The notes: a model not told the origin generated them from the sequence alone. DNA of 40,821 nt from Actinomycetota bacterium (GCA_005777415.1 SXMI01000035.1:1-40821), one strand, 5' to 3'; positions 16,655-25,813 are shown, counted from the stretch's first letter. Numbers and translations: made by a program.

Positions 16655-17473
16655 GTGAGTCTCCCGAGCTTCCCGATCGCCGACGACCCCGGCCCCGACT
16701 TCGCAGCGCTGGCCCGGCGGGCCGGGCTGACGCCGGCCCCGGTCGGATCCGTGGGCACGACACCGTTCGAGGTCACCCACGGCACGACGTGTGTGGCGGT
16801 TCGCTACGCCGACGGCGTCGTGATGGCCGGTGACCGGCGGGCGACCTCCGGCAACCTGATCTCGCACCGCCACATCGAGAAGGTCTTCCCGGCCGACCGA
16901 CACTCCGGGGTCGCCATCGCCGGGGCCGCCGGACCGGCCGTCGAGATGGTCCGACTCTTCCAGCTGCAGCTCGAGCACTACGAGAAGGTCGAGGGATCGC
17001 CGCTCAGCCTGGAGGGCAAGGCCAACCAGCTGTCGCAGATGGTGCGCAACCACCTCCCGGCGGCCATGCAGGGGTTCGTCGTCGTTCCGATCTTCGCCGG
17101 GTACGACACGGCGAGACGGTCGGGACGGCTGTACCAGTACGACCCGACCGGTGGTCGCTACGAGGAGCTCGACTTCGCGTCGACCGGCTCGGGGAGCCTG
17201 CAGGCCAGCACGGTGATCAAGCTCGGGTACCGGCTCGACATGGACCGGGACACCACCGTCGACCTGGTGCTGCGGGCCCTCTTCGAGGCGGCGGACGAGG
17301 ACTCCGCGACCGGCGGCCCGGACCTCATCCGCAACATCTTCCCCGTGGTCGCCACCATCACCGCCGACGGGTTCGACCGGGTCGGGGACGACGACCTCCG
17401 CACGAGGTTCGAGTCGATCGTCGAACAGCTCCGCACCGATCGCGGCGGGGTCGAGTCTGGAGGGCTGTCGTGA
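16655..17473 (+). CDS. prcB: 20S proteasome beta subunit PrcB (with a 43-aa propeptide)
   Basis: The processing site is ...EVTHG/TTCVAVRYADGVVMAGDRRAT, with the Thr nucleophile at codon 44, about nt 16784. Confidence 0.95.
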   Translation: MSLPSFPIADDPGPDFAALARRAGLTPAPVGSVGTTPFEVTHGTTCVAVRYADGVVMAGDRRATSGNLISHRHIEKVFPADRHSGVAIAGAAGPAVEMVRLFQLQLEHYEKVEGSPLSLEGKANQLSQMVRNHLPAAMQGFVVVPIFAGYDTARRSGRLYQYDPTGGRYEELDFASTGSGSLQASTVIKLGYRLDMDRDTTVDLVLRALFEAADEDSATGGPDLIRNIFPVVATITADGFDRVGDDDLRTRFESIVEQLRTDRGGVESGGLS

Positions 17474-18150
17474 CCGCACCGTTCTACGTGTCACCCGAGC
17501 AGGTCATGAAGGACCGGGCGGACTACGCCCGCAAGGGGATCGCCCGCGGCCGCTCGCTCGTGGCGACCGTGGCCGAGGACGGAGTCCTGCTCTGCGCCGA
17601 GAACCCGTCCCGGACGCTCCGGAAGGTGTCGGAGATCTACGACCGGATCGGCTTCGCCGGAGTCGGCAAGTACAACGAGTTCGACCAGCTCCGGATCGCC
17701 GGCGTCCGGTCCGCCGACCTCAAGGGCTTCGCCTTCAGCCGGGAGGACGTCGACGCCCGGACCCTGGCGAACCAGTACGCCCAGATGCTCGGGCAGGTCT
17801 TCACCCACGAGATGAAGCCCATGGAGGTCGAGATCCTCGTCGCCGAGGTCGGCCACGAGCGGGCGGCCGACCAGCTCTTCCACATCCGCTACGACGGCAC
17901 CCTCGTCGACGAGACGGACTGGTGCGTGCTCGGCGGCGAGGCGGAGGCGATCGGCGAGCGGCTGGCCGCGGCCTGGGACGGGGCCGCGGACCTGGGTGCG
18001 GCGCTCCGTTCGGCCGCAACGGCGCTGGCCGGGCCGGACCGGGCGTTGCGCGCCGACGAGCTGGAGGTGGCCGTGCTCGATCGTGCGGCGACCCGTCGGA
18101 CCTTCCGACGCCTCGAGGACGACGAGGTCGACGCGCTCCTGGTGGGCTGA
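17470..18150 (+). CDS. prcA: 20S proteasome alpha subunit PrcA
   Basis: The GTG overlaps the prcB stop (GTGA). The sequence is MTAPFYVSPEQVMKDRADYARKGIARGRS...YDRIGFAGVGKYNEF. Confidence 0.95.
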   Translation: MTAPFYVSPEQVMKDRADYARKGIARGRSLVATVAEDGVLLCAENPSRTLRKVSEIYDRIGFAGVGKYNEFDQLRIAGVRSADLKGFAFSREDVDARTLANQYAQMLGQVFTHEMKPMEVEILVAEVGHERAADQLFHIRYDGTLVDETDWCVLGGEAEAIGERLAAAWDGAADLGAALRSAATALAGPDRALRADELEVAVLDRAATRRTFRRLEDDEVDALLVG

Positions 18151-18184
18151 CCGATCGCTCGGGCCGGCTGCTCGGGCCGGTCGC

Positions 18185-18538
18185 TCAGCGGACGACGTCG
18201 AGCAGGCGCAGGGCGTTCGTGGCCCAGGCCGCAAGCGTCACGCCGAGCGGGACTGCGAGGGCGGCCCCGAGCGCCCACCGCATGGTCCGCACCGCGGGGC
18301 TCAGGCGGGTCCGGGTCGGCCGGTCGTGGGCGAGTCCGTCCTCGTCGATCGACAGGACGGCTGCGGCCTCCTCGGCCTCGTCGGCGGGCACCAGGACCTC
18401 GAGCCAGCCGATGGGGTGCGTCGTCGGAACGAGCTCCCGGCTGCGGATCTGCCACAGAACGCCATGGGCGCCCAGCTTGGCGGCGTAGAGGTCGGCCTCG
18501 AAGCGGGTCGAGGCGCTGGCGACCACCACCATGCGCAT
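18185..18538 (-). CDS. Hypothetical DUF2007-like protein (putative signal-transducing fold) with a C-terminal TM helix, 117 aa
   Basis: The sequence is MRMVVVASASTRFEADLYAAKLGAHGVLWQIRS...LEVLVPADEAEEAAAVL, followed by WALGAALAVPLGVTLAAWA. The ATG at 18538 is favoured because TACCCT lies 6 nt upstream. The track start at 18562 is an alternative. Confidence 0.5.
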   Translation of the reverse strand: MRMVVVASASTRFEADLYAAKLGAHGVLWQIRSRELVPTTHPIGWLEVLVPADEAEEAAAVLSIDEDGLAHDRPTRTRLSPAVRTMRWALGAALAVPLGVTLAAWATNALRLLDVVR

Positions 18539-18544
18539 GGGCGA

Positions 18545-18550
18545 AGGGTA
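18545..18550 (-). promoter_or_regulatory. Candidate -10 hexamer TACCCT (leaderless)
   Basis: The minus strand reads TACCCT-tcgccc-ATG(18538), a 6-nt spacer. Confidence 0.3.
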
Positions 18551-18583
18551 CCGCACGGTCACCGGGTCGAGCCGGGCCGCGGA

Positions 18584-18589
18584 TAGGTT
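18584..18589 (+). promoter_or_regulatory. Candidate -10 hexamer TAGGTT (leaderless pafA promoter)
   Basis: TAGGTT-gagcggcc-ATG(18598), an 8-nt spacer. Confidence 0.3.
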
Positions 18590-18597
18590 GAGCGGCC

Positions 18598-19956
18598 ATG
18601 GACCGCAGGATCTTCGGGCTCGAGAACGAGTACGGGGTCACCTGCACCCAGCGCGGGCAGCGGCGGCTGAGCCCCGACGAGGTCGCCCGGTACCTGTTCC
18701 GCCGGGTGGTGTCCTGGGGTCGCTCCTCCAACGTCTTCCTGGTCAACGGGGCCCGGCTCTACCTCGACGTGGGTTCCCACCCCGAGTACGCCACGCCCGA
18801 GTGCGATTCGCTCCACGACCTGGTCGCGCACGACAAGGCCGGCGAGATGATCCTGGGTGAGCTGGTCGACTCGGCCGAGCAGCGGCTCACCGAGGAGGGC
18901 ATCCGCGGCGACATCTACCTGTTCCGCAACAACACCGACTCCGCCGGGAACAGCTACGGCTGCCACGAGAACTACCTGACGAGCAGGGACGACGACCTCT
19001 CGCAGTACACCGAGGTGCTCATCCCGTTCCTGGTCAGCCGGCAGATCTACGCCGGTGCCGGGAAGGTCGTGCAGACCGCCCGTGGCGCCCAGTTCTCGAT
19101 CGCGCAGCGGTCCGAGCACATCTGGGAGGGGGTGTCGTCGGCGACCACCCGGTCGCGGCCGATCATCAACACCCGGGACGAGCCCCACGCCGACTCCGAC
19201 CGGTACCGACGACTGCACGTGATCGTCGGCGATTCGAACATGAGCGAGTACGCCACGTTCCTCAAGGTCGGGGCCTGCTCGCTGGTGCTGCGCATGCTCG
19301 AGGACCCGTCGGTGGTCCTGCGGGACATGACGCTCGAGAACCCGATCAGGGCGATACGGGAGATCAGCCACGACCTCACCTGCACCCGCCGCGTCAGGCT
19401 GTCCGACAACCGAGAGATGTCGGCCTTCGAGATCCAGTCCGTCTACCTCCAGCGGGCCCTGCGCTACGCCGAGCACCACGACCTCTCCCCGCAGGAGAAG
19501 CAGGCGCTCGACATGTGGGAGCACGTGATGACGGCCATCGAGCGGGACCCGCTGTCACTGGACCGGGAGGTGGACTGGGTGGTGAAGTACCGCCTGGTCG
19601 AGGCCTACCGGGAGCGCCACGGCCTGTCGCTCGCCAGTCCGGAGGTCGCCCTGCTCGACCTGCAGTACCACGACATCAGCCGGCGACGGTCGGTGTTCTA
19701 CAAGCTCCAGGACCGCGGGCTGGTCGAGCGGGTGGTGACCGACGCCGACATCCTGGAGGCGACCGAGACCCCGCCCCAGACCACCCGGGCCCGACTGCGC
19801 GGCGAGTTCATCCGTCGGGCCAAGGAGCGCAAGCGGGACTACACGGTGGACTGGGTCCACCTGAAGCTCAACGATCAGGCCCAGCGGACCGTGCTCTGCA
19901 AGGACCCCTTCCGCTCCCAGGACGACCGGGTGGACCGCCTGATCGAGTCCCTCTGA
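18598..19956 (+). CDS. pafA: Pup-protein ligase PafA
   Basis: The sequence is [71 protein letters not shown]... This N-terminus is almost identical in pattern to the mycobacterial PafA N-terminus. Length is 452 aa. Confidence 0.95.
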   Translation: MDRRIFGLENEYGVTCTQRGQRRLSPDEVARYLFRRVVSWGRSSNVFLVNGARLYLDVGSHPEYATPECDSLHDLVAHDKAGEMILGELVDSAEQRLTEEGIRGDIYLFRNNTDSAGNSYGCHENYLTSRDDDLSQYTEVLIPFLVSRQIYAGAGKVVQTARGAQFSIAQRSEHIWEGVSSATTRSRPIINTRDEPHADSDRYRRLHVIVGDSNMSEYATFLKVGACSLVLRMLEDPSVVLRDMTLENPIRAIREISHDLTCTRRVRLSDNREMSAFEIQSVYLQRALRYAEHHDLSPQEKQALDMWEHVMTAIERDPLSLDREVDWVVKYRLVEAYRERHGLSLASPEVALLDLQYHDISRRRSVFYKLQDRGLVERVVTDADILEATETPPQTTRARLRGEFIRRAKERKRDYTVDWVHLKLNDQAQRTVLCKDPFRSQDDRVDRLIESL

Positions 19957-20001
19957 CCGCTAGCCTCATCCGGTTCGCAGCGATCACCACGGGGGGACAG
20001 C

Positions 20002-22149
20002 GTGCAGGTCACGGGTGGAGTTGAGACGCTCACGGTCACCGGAGCGGATCCCGGCGAGCGGTTGCCGGTGCTGGACGGTGCGGGCGATCCGGTCGTCACG
20101 CTGGTCGCCGACCAGGCCGGCAACGCCTTCCTGTCGTTCGTGCCGCCCGATCCGGTGGAGCTCGACGGGCCCGATCGTCTCGCCGAGGCCCTCGTCGCCG
20201 GACACGTCCTGCAGCCGGGTCGCTACACCGTCGGCGGGACGCCCGTGGAGGTGCTCGGCGTCGACGACCACCCGGACCCGGGCCGCTACGACCAACCCCT
20301 CGAGGCGGGCTACACCTACCTGACCATGCGCGACGGCGTGACGCTCTCGGCCATGGTGCGGTTCCCGAACGAGGACCTGTACGGCCCGGGACCGTGGCCG
20401 ACCGTCGTGGAGTACTCCGGCTACACGCCCTCCGACCCCGACGCCCCGCAACCGGGCACGATGATCGCCACGCTGCTGGGCTTCGCCGTCGTCGGGGTGA
20501 ACATGCGCGGGACCGGTTGCTCGGGCGGTGTGTTCGACCTCTTCAGCCCGGCCCAGGCGGCGGACGGCTACGACATCATCGAGATCGTCGCCCGCCAGCC
20601 GTGGGTGCTCCACCAGCGGGTCGGCATGGTCGGCCTGAGCTACCCGGGGATCAGCCAGCTGTACGTGGCGGCCACGCGGCCGCCGAGTCTGGCGGCGATC
20701 ACGCCGCTGTCGGTGATCGACGATCCCTGGCGTCAGCAGTGGCCGGGCGGCATCTACAACTCGGGGTTCACGCGCGCCTGGGTCGCCGCCCGGGACGAGC
20801 AGACCCGGGCCGGCGGTCAGGCCTGGGACCAGAAGCGGATCGAGGAGGGTGACGAGATCGCCCGGGCCAACCAGGCCATCCGGACGCAGAACTTCGACTT
20901 CGAGCACTACGGGCGCGCCGTCGAGAACTACCGCCGGGAACTCGACGCCCGGCGGGTGAGCGAGCTCATCGACCGGATCGAGGTCCCCGTGTACCTGACC
21001 GGGGCCTGGCAGGACGAGCAGACCGGGAGTCGGTTCGCGTCCATGCTCGGACGGTTCGGGTCCTCGCCCGACCGGCGGTTCACGATGTTCAACGGCCACC
21101 ATCCCGATGGGTACAGCCCGATGGTGATCGGCCGCTGGTTCGAGTTCCTGTCGTTCCACGTCGCCCGGCGGGTCCCGGAGCTCAACGAGATGATCCGGAT
21201 GTTCGCGCCGAGTCAGTTCGAGGTGGCGTTCGGCTACTCGCCGGAACTGGAGCCGGACCGCTTCACGCACCACGGCGAGGACGTCGAGGCCGCGCTCGAG
21301 GAGTACCGGGCCGAACCGACGGTCCGTCTCCTCTTCGAGAACGGCGCCGGCCACGAGGTCCCCGGGGCGACCGCGCACCGGTTCGAAGCTGTGGCCTCGA
21401 GCTTCCCGCCGCCCGAGGTCCGGGTCCGCCGCTGGTATCTCGCCACCGACGCCGCGCTCGTCGACCGGCCGGCCGACGAGGAGTCGCATGCGTCCTACGC
21501 CGACGACCCCGATGCCGGTGGACTGGCCTACTCCATGGAGCTGCTCTCGGACCTGAACCGGTTCACCTTCCCGGACGTTCCGATCACCTGGACGGCGTTC
21601 GCCCCCGAGCACCGGGTGGTCTTCGACACGGAGCCGTTCGAGGAGGCGACCGTCATCGCCGGAGCGGGTCACGTCGACCTCTGGTTCCGGCCCGGCACCG
21701 TCGACACCGCCGTGCAGGCCACCCTCACCGAGCTCCGGCCCGACGGACACGAGCAGCGCATCCAGTGCGGCTGGCACCGACCGCAGCACCGCGTCGAGTC
21801 GTCGGACGCCGACGAGCTCTGGGTGGACTACACCTTCCTCGCCGAGCACCGCGAGCCGCTCGAGCCGGGTGCCTGGATGCGGTTCCGGTTGCCACTCCAT
21901 CCGTTCGCGCAGTTGCTCCGTCCCGGGTCGCGACTGCGGCTCCAGCTGTCCACGCCCGGCCGGGACCACCCGTTCTGGTGCTTCGAGAACCCGACCGTGC
22001 CCGGGGCGACCCACGACGTCGGCCTGGGGGGCGCCCATGCCAGTGCCCTGGTGCTGCCGGTCTGGCCGGTGGAGGTGGAGCACCCGGCGGATCACCCCGC
22101 ACCCGGGTCACTCCGGGGCCAGCCGGTGCGGCCGGCGACCGGCGACTGA
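20002..22149 (+). CDS. CocE/NonD family hydrolase (peptidase S15, X-Pro dipeptidyl-peptidase-like), 715 aa
   Basis: Motifs seen are TMRDGVTLSAMVRFP, PTVVEYSGY, NMRGTGCSGG and the nucleophile motif GLSYPG (GxSYxG). The GTG has GGGGGA upstream. A possible -10 TAGCCT lies at 19961-19966. Confidence 0.85.
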   Translation: MQVTGGVETLTVTGADPGERLPVLDGAGDPVVTLVADQAGNAFLSFVPPDPVELDGPDRLAEALVAGHVLQPGRYTVGGTPVEVLGVDDHPDPGRYDQPLEAGYTYLTMRDGVTLSAMVRFPNEDLYGPGPWPTVVEYSGYTPSDPDAPQPGTMIATLLGFAVVGVNMRGTGCSGGVFDLFSPAQAADGYDIIEIVARQPWVLHQRVGMVGLSYPGISQLYVAATRPPSLAAITPLSVIDDPWRQQWPGGIYNSGFTRAWVAARDEQTRAGGQAWDQKRIEEGDEIARANQAIRTQNFDFEHYGRAVENYRRELDARRVSELIDRIEVPVYLTGAWQDEQTGSRFASMLGRFGSSPDRRFTMFNGHHPDGYSPMVIGRWFEFLSFHVARRVPELNEMIRMFAPSQFEVAFGYSPELEPDRFTHHGEDVEAALEEYRAEPTVRLLFENGAGHEVPGATAHRFEAVASSFPPPEVRVRRWYLATDAALVDRPADEESHASYADDPDAGGLAYSMELLSDLNRFTFPDVPITWTAFAPEHRVVFDTEPFEEATVIAGAGHVDLWFRPGTVDTAVQATLTELRPDGHEQRIQCGWHRPQHRVESSDADELWVDYTFLAEHREPLEPGAWMRFRLPLHPFAQLLRPGSRLRLQLSTPGRDHPFWCFENPTVPGATHDVGLGGAHASALVLPVWPVEVEHPADHPAPGSLRGQPVRPATGD

Positions 22150-22160
22150 CGTCCCTTCGC

Positions 22161-22166
22161 TACGGT
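22161..22166 (+). promoter_or_regulatory. Candidate -10 hexamer TACGGT (leaderless)
   Basis: TACGGT-tcctcc-GTG(22173), a 6-nt spacer. Confidence 0.25.
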
Positions 22167-22172
22167 TCCTCC

Positions 22173-23231
22173 GTGCCGTCCTTCCGCACCGGTCGCGTCG
22201 TCCGGCTCACCTCGAGCCGGCCGGGGCTCCAGCGGATCGTGGTGTCGATCGACGGGGAGGAGCACCCGGCCGTGTCGCTGAGCGGGCTGACGGGCGAGGT
22301 CGACGTCGGCGACGAGGTCGTGGTCAACACCACGGCGGTCGATCTCGACCTGGGTACCGGCGGCGACCACATCGTCCACTGGAACCTCGCTCGGACCGGC
22401 CTCGACCTGCCCGGCCCGGACCACGTGCTCAAGCTGCGCTACACCAGCCTGCAGGCCGACGCCGGCACCTCCGAGCTGCGGCATCCCGAGTGCGACGAGC
22501 CGCTCGACGGGACGCCCGTCGTGGCGTGCACGCTCCACAGCCAGCTCGCCCCGGTGGTCGCCGGGATCCGAGCCGTCGACCCGTCGTTGCGGATCGCCTA
22601 CGTCCAGACCGACGGGGGAGCGCTCCCGCTCGCGCTCTCCGACAGCGTCGCCGCCCTCCGGGATCGGGCCGAGCTGTGCGGGACGGTGAGCACCGGGAGT
22701 GCGTTCGGCGGCGACCTCGAGGCGGTGGGCGTCTCCTCGGGACTCGGTCTGGCGGTGCACGTGCTCCACGCCGACGTCGTCGTGGCGGGGCTCGGGCCCG
22801 GCGTGGCCGGGACCGGCACGGCGTTGGGCACCTCGGCGCTCGACGCCGTGGGCGTGATCGACCTGGCCGACTCGCTGGGGGGTGTCCCGGTGCTGTGCGT
22901 CCGGGTGTCGGAGGCCGATCCGCGGGAGCGGCACCGGGGCGTGTCCCACCACACCCGCACCGTCGCCCGGCTGACCCACGCCGTCCCGCTGGTCGCAGCA
23001 CTGCCCGACGGGCCGAGCGGTCTCGACGGGGTGCGTCCGGTCGAGCTGACCCGGGCGCAGCTCGGGTCACTCGATCGTGCCGTCGTCGATCCGGACCACA
23101 CCTCCATGGGTCGAACGGCCCGGGAGGATCCGGCCCCGAACCGTCACGCGGTGGCGGCCGGTGTGCTCGCGGCCGCGACGGCCATTGCCGGGCGTCACGG
23201 CCCGGCCACCCGGGGCCGGGGGAGTCCCTAG
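22173..23231 (+). CDS. DUF3866-like protein of unknown function (about 352 aa)
   Basis: This is the C-terminal part of track ORF 21765..23231. The sequence is VPSFRTGRVVRLTSSRPGLQRIVVSIDGEEHPAVSLSGLTGEVDVGDEVVVNTTAVDLDLGTGGDHIV... It matches my recollection of the DUF3866 N-terminal pattern. The family assignment has not been verified. Confidence 0.6.
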   Translation: MPSFRTGRVVRLTSSRPGLQRIVVSIDGEEHPAVSLSGLTGEVDVGDEVVVNTTAVDLDLGTGGDHIVHWNLARTGLDLPGPDHVLKLRYTSLQADAGTSELRHPECDEPLDGTPVVACTLHSQLAPVVAGIRAVDPSLRIAYVQTDGGALPLALSDSVAALRDRAELCGTVSTGSAFGGDLEAVGVSSGLGLAVHVLHADVVVAGLGPGVAGTGTALGTSALDAVGVIDLADSLGGVPVLCVRVSEADPRERHRGVSHHTRTVARLTHAVPLVAALPDGPSGLDGVRPVELTRAQLGSLDRAVVDPDHTSMGRTAREDPAPNRHAVAAGVLAAATAIAGRHGPATRGRGSP

Positions 23232-23234
23232 ACT
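23229..23234 (+). promoter_or_regulatory. Candidate -10 hexamer TAGACT (leaderless pafBC promoter)
   Basis: TAGACT-cccggcc-GTG(23242), a 7-nt spacer. The TAG is also the stop codon of the upstream gene. Confidence 0.3.
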
Positions 23235-23241
23235 CCCGGCC

Positions 23242-24213
23242 GTGGCGGCCAATGACGAGCGCTCGAGTCGACTCCTGAACCTGGTGACGGCCCTCCAGGA
23301 CACGCGGCGCGGGCTCACCGCCGATCAGGTGCGGGAGCGCGTTCCCGGCTACACCGCATCGGAACACGAGTCGTTCCGGCGGACCTTCGAGCGCGACAAG
23401 GACGACCTCCGTCGCATGGGCGTGGAGATCGAGGTGGTGGAGCTGTCCCACCTCGACCCGCCGGTGGCCGGCTACCGGATCCGTCGGGACCGCTACGAGC
23501 TTCCGGACCCCGGACTGGAACCCCTCGAACTGGCGGCGCTCGTCGCTGCCACCCAGGTCGTCAAGCTGATCGGCCCCGACCTGACCGACCCCGAGGACGG
23601 GTTCCGCAAGCTCGGCGGGTTCGGGGACGGCGAGGCCGACTCCGCCGCCGGCCCGGTCGAGGTCGACGTCCCGGAGGTGCTCGTCGCGGTGTTCGACGCC
23701 GTCCTCGACCAGCGGTTGCTCGAGTTCCCGTACCACGAGGTGGACCGGGTCGTGGAGCCGCTCCAGGTCCAGTTCCGCCGCGGTCACTGGTACCTCATCG
23801 CCCACGACCGGGCGGTCGAGGATCAACGGACCTACCGGGTCGATCGGATCCCGACGGTCCGCACGGGCGAACCGGGCGGGTTCGAACGCGCCGAGGTCGC
23901 AGGTGAGGTGCGGATGCGGCCGTGGGAGTACGGCGAGGGCACCCCCACGACGGTCGTCGTCCGCCTCGACGACGTGGCGGCCGCCGCCCTCCGGGTCGAC
24001 GAACCGGAGCTCGAGCTCCGTCCGGTCCCCGATGGTTCGTTCGAGGTCACGCTCGACGTGGTCGACGAGCGGGGCCTGTTCCAGTTCCTCGTGTCGTTCC
24101 TCGACCGGGCGGAGTTGGTCGGCCCACCGGGGTTCCGCAGCGCGTACATCGCCTGGCTGCAGGGTCGCTCCGATGCCCCGGACGCCGGAGCAGACGATGG
24201 GGGCGACTCGTGA
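23242..24213 (+). CDS. pafB: WYL-domain transcriptional regulator PafB
   Basis: It has an HTH N-terminus (SSRLLNLVTALQDTRRGLTADQVRERVPGY) and a WYL core (FRRGHWYLIAHDRAVEDQRTYRVDRI). Starts at the GTG at 23242, within track ORF 23077..24213. Confidence 0.85.
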   Translation: MAANDERSSRLLNLVTALQDTRRGLTADQVRERVPGYTASEHESFRRTFERDKDDLRRMGVEIEVVELSHLDPPVAGYRIRRDRYELPDPGLEPLELAALVAATQVVKLIGPDLTDPEDGFRKLGGFGDGEADSAAGPVEVDVPEVLVAVFDAVLDQRLLEFPYHEVDRVVEPLQVQFRRGHWYLIAHDRAVEDQRTYRVDRIPTVRTGEPGGFERAEVAGEVRMRPWEYGEGTPTTVVVRLDDVAAAALRVDEPELELRPVPDGSFEVTLDVVDERGLFQFLVSFLDRAELVGPPGFRSAYIAWLQGRSDAPDAGADDGGDS

Positions 24214-25157
24214 CTCGACGGATGTCCGCAGCCGAGCGGGCCGAGCGGATCATGAGCATCGTGCCGTGGCTCGTCACCCCGGGCGGTGTCTCGATCAGCG
24301 AGACCTGCGCGACCTTCCAGATCGAGCGGGAGGAGTTGCTCGAGGACCTGAGGTTGTTGTTCGTCAACGTCGGCGTGCACCCCTTCACCCCGGATGCCCG
24401 GGTCGACGTGTTCATCGAGGAGGAGGACGACACCGTCGAGGTCCTGCTGGGCGACTTCTTCCGTCGGCCGCTGCGTCTGGATGCCGACGAGGCCCTCACG
24501 ATCGTCGCGGCGGCGCGGGTGCTGATCGCATCGGGGCACGAGGACCCCCACCTCCTCGCCGCCGTCGAGAAGGTCGAACGGGTGCTGGGCAGCGGCGACC
24601 GCCTGGTCGCCGTCGAGCTCGGGGCGATCGACCCCGGCGTCCTGGCCGAGGTGCGCAGGGCGCTGGAGGACGGCCTGCAGCTGCGGATCCGCTACCACTC
24701 CTTCGGCCGGGACCAGGTCGGTGAACGGACGGTCGAGCCCCACTCGCTGCGGTCCCGTGACGGCCGCTGGTACCTCACCGCATGGTGCACGAGCGCCGAG
24801 GAGGAGCGTGTCTTCCGTCTGGATCGGGTGCTCGCGGCCGAGACCCTGGACGAGCCGGTGGTGAGCGATCCCCCCGCGCAGGATGCGCTGTTCGACTTCG
24901 CGGCCAGCGGGCGGTCGATCCGGATGGTGCTGGGCCCATCGGACCGGTGGGTGGCCACCCAGTACCCCACGGAGTCGGAGCGCACCCTCGATGACGGCCG
25001 GGTGGAGGTCGTGTTGTCGGTCGGATCCACGGCATGGTTGGAGCGGCTGCTCCTGCGCATGGACCCCGACACGGTGGTCGAGGACGCCACCACCGGACTG
25101 CCGCTCGACGATGTCCGTCGAGCGGCGGCACAGCGGATCATCGATCGCCACGGGTGA
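24210..25157 (+). CDS. pafC: WYL-domain transcriptional regulator PafC
   Basis: The GTG overlaps the pafB stop (GTGA); an alternative ATG lies at 24222. Motifs are AERAERIMSIVPWLV and WYL (DGRWYLTAWCTSAEEERVFRLDRV). Confidence 0.85.
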   Translation: MTRRMSAAERAERIMSIVPWLVTPGGVSISETCATFQIEREELLEDLRLLFVNVGVHPFTPDARVDVFIEEEDDTVEVLLGDFFRRPLRLDADEALTIVAAARVLIASGHEDPHLLAAVEKVERVLGSGDRLVAVELGAIDPGVLAEVRRALEDGLQLRIRYHSFGRDQVGERTVEPHSLRSRDGRWYLTAWCTSAEEERVFRLDRVLAAETLDEPVVSDPPAQDALFDFAASGRSIRMVLGPSDRWVATQYPTESERTLDDGRVEVVLSVGSTAWLERLLLRMDPDTVVEDATTGLPLDDVRRAAAQRIIDRHG

Positions 25158-25224
25158 GGGTGGACCACGGCGACCTGTTCGCACCGGTAGCGTGCCGGAT
25201 CGTGGATCCAGGGCGGAGCGCAAC

Positions 25225-25773
25225 GTGAGGCGGAACCAGACCGGAGGGATCCGCGGGCTCGTCGAGTGGGTGGCCATCGTGGTCGGGGCCGTCCTCGTGG
25301 CGCTCCTCGTCAAGACCTACCTGGTCCAGGCGTTCCGGATCCCGTCGTCGTCCATGGAGCAGACGCTGCTCGTGGGTGACCGGGTCATGGTCAACAAGCT
25401 CAGCTACCGGCTCGGCGACGTCGCGCCGGGGGACGTCGTGGTGTTCGAACGGCCGACCGGCGCCCCGGGTGGTGCCGACGCTCCCGAGGACCTCATCAAG
25501 CGGGTCGTGGCGGTCGGCGGGGACACGGTCCAGACCGTCGACGGCCGTCTGGTCCGCAACGGCGAGCCGGTCGACGAGCCCTACCTGGCGCCGGGCAGCA
25601 CCACGACCGGGATCGAACAGCCCGTGACCATCCCCGACGGTCAGGTGTGGGTGATGGGCGACAACCGGAACAACTCGAGCGACAGCCGGGTCTTCGGCCC
25701 GGTGGACGAGTCGACCATCGTCGGACAGGCGTTCGTCATCATGTGGCCCCCGGGGCGATTCGGCACGCTCTGA
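25225..25773 (+). CDS. lepB: Signal peptidase I
   Basis: It has a TM anchor, the catalytic Ser box IPSSSMEQTL, the Lys box IKRVVAVGGD, and GDNRNNSSDSR. The GTG at 25225 has GGCGGAG upstream. Confidence 0.9.
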   Translation: MRRNQTGGIRGLVEWVAIVVGAVLVALLVKTYLVQAFRIPSSSMEQTLLVGDRVMVNKLSYRLGDVAPGDVVVFERPTGAPGGADAPEDLIKRVVAVGGDTVQTVDGRLVRNGEPVDEPYLAPGSTTTGIEQPVTIPDGQVWVMGDNRNNSSDSRVFGPVDESTIVGQAFVIMWPPGRFGTL

Positions 25774-25813
25774 TCGGCACCGCCGCCGCGATCGTTGCCC
25801 GGCGACGGTCAGA

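Noticed and set aside
13051-16785. 1244-aa ORF on the minus strand, the longest in the track
   Set aside because: It lies exactly antisense to arc, dop and pup, all of which have unambiguous family motifs. Its translation is Arg/Gly/Pro/Val-rich low-information sequence. That is typical of stop-free antisense frames in DNA with very high GC3.
18151-18184. Direct repeat gctcgggccgg x2 and a weak hairpin between prcA and the convergent DUF2007-like gene, as a possible terminator
   Set aside because: Only a 5-bp stem can be formed and there is no U-tract. This is too weak to call.
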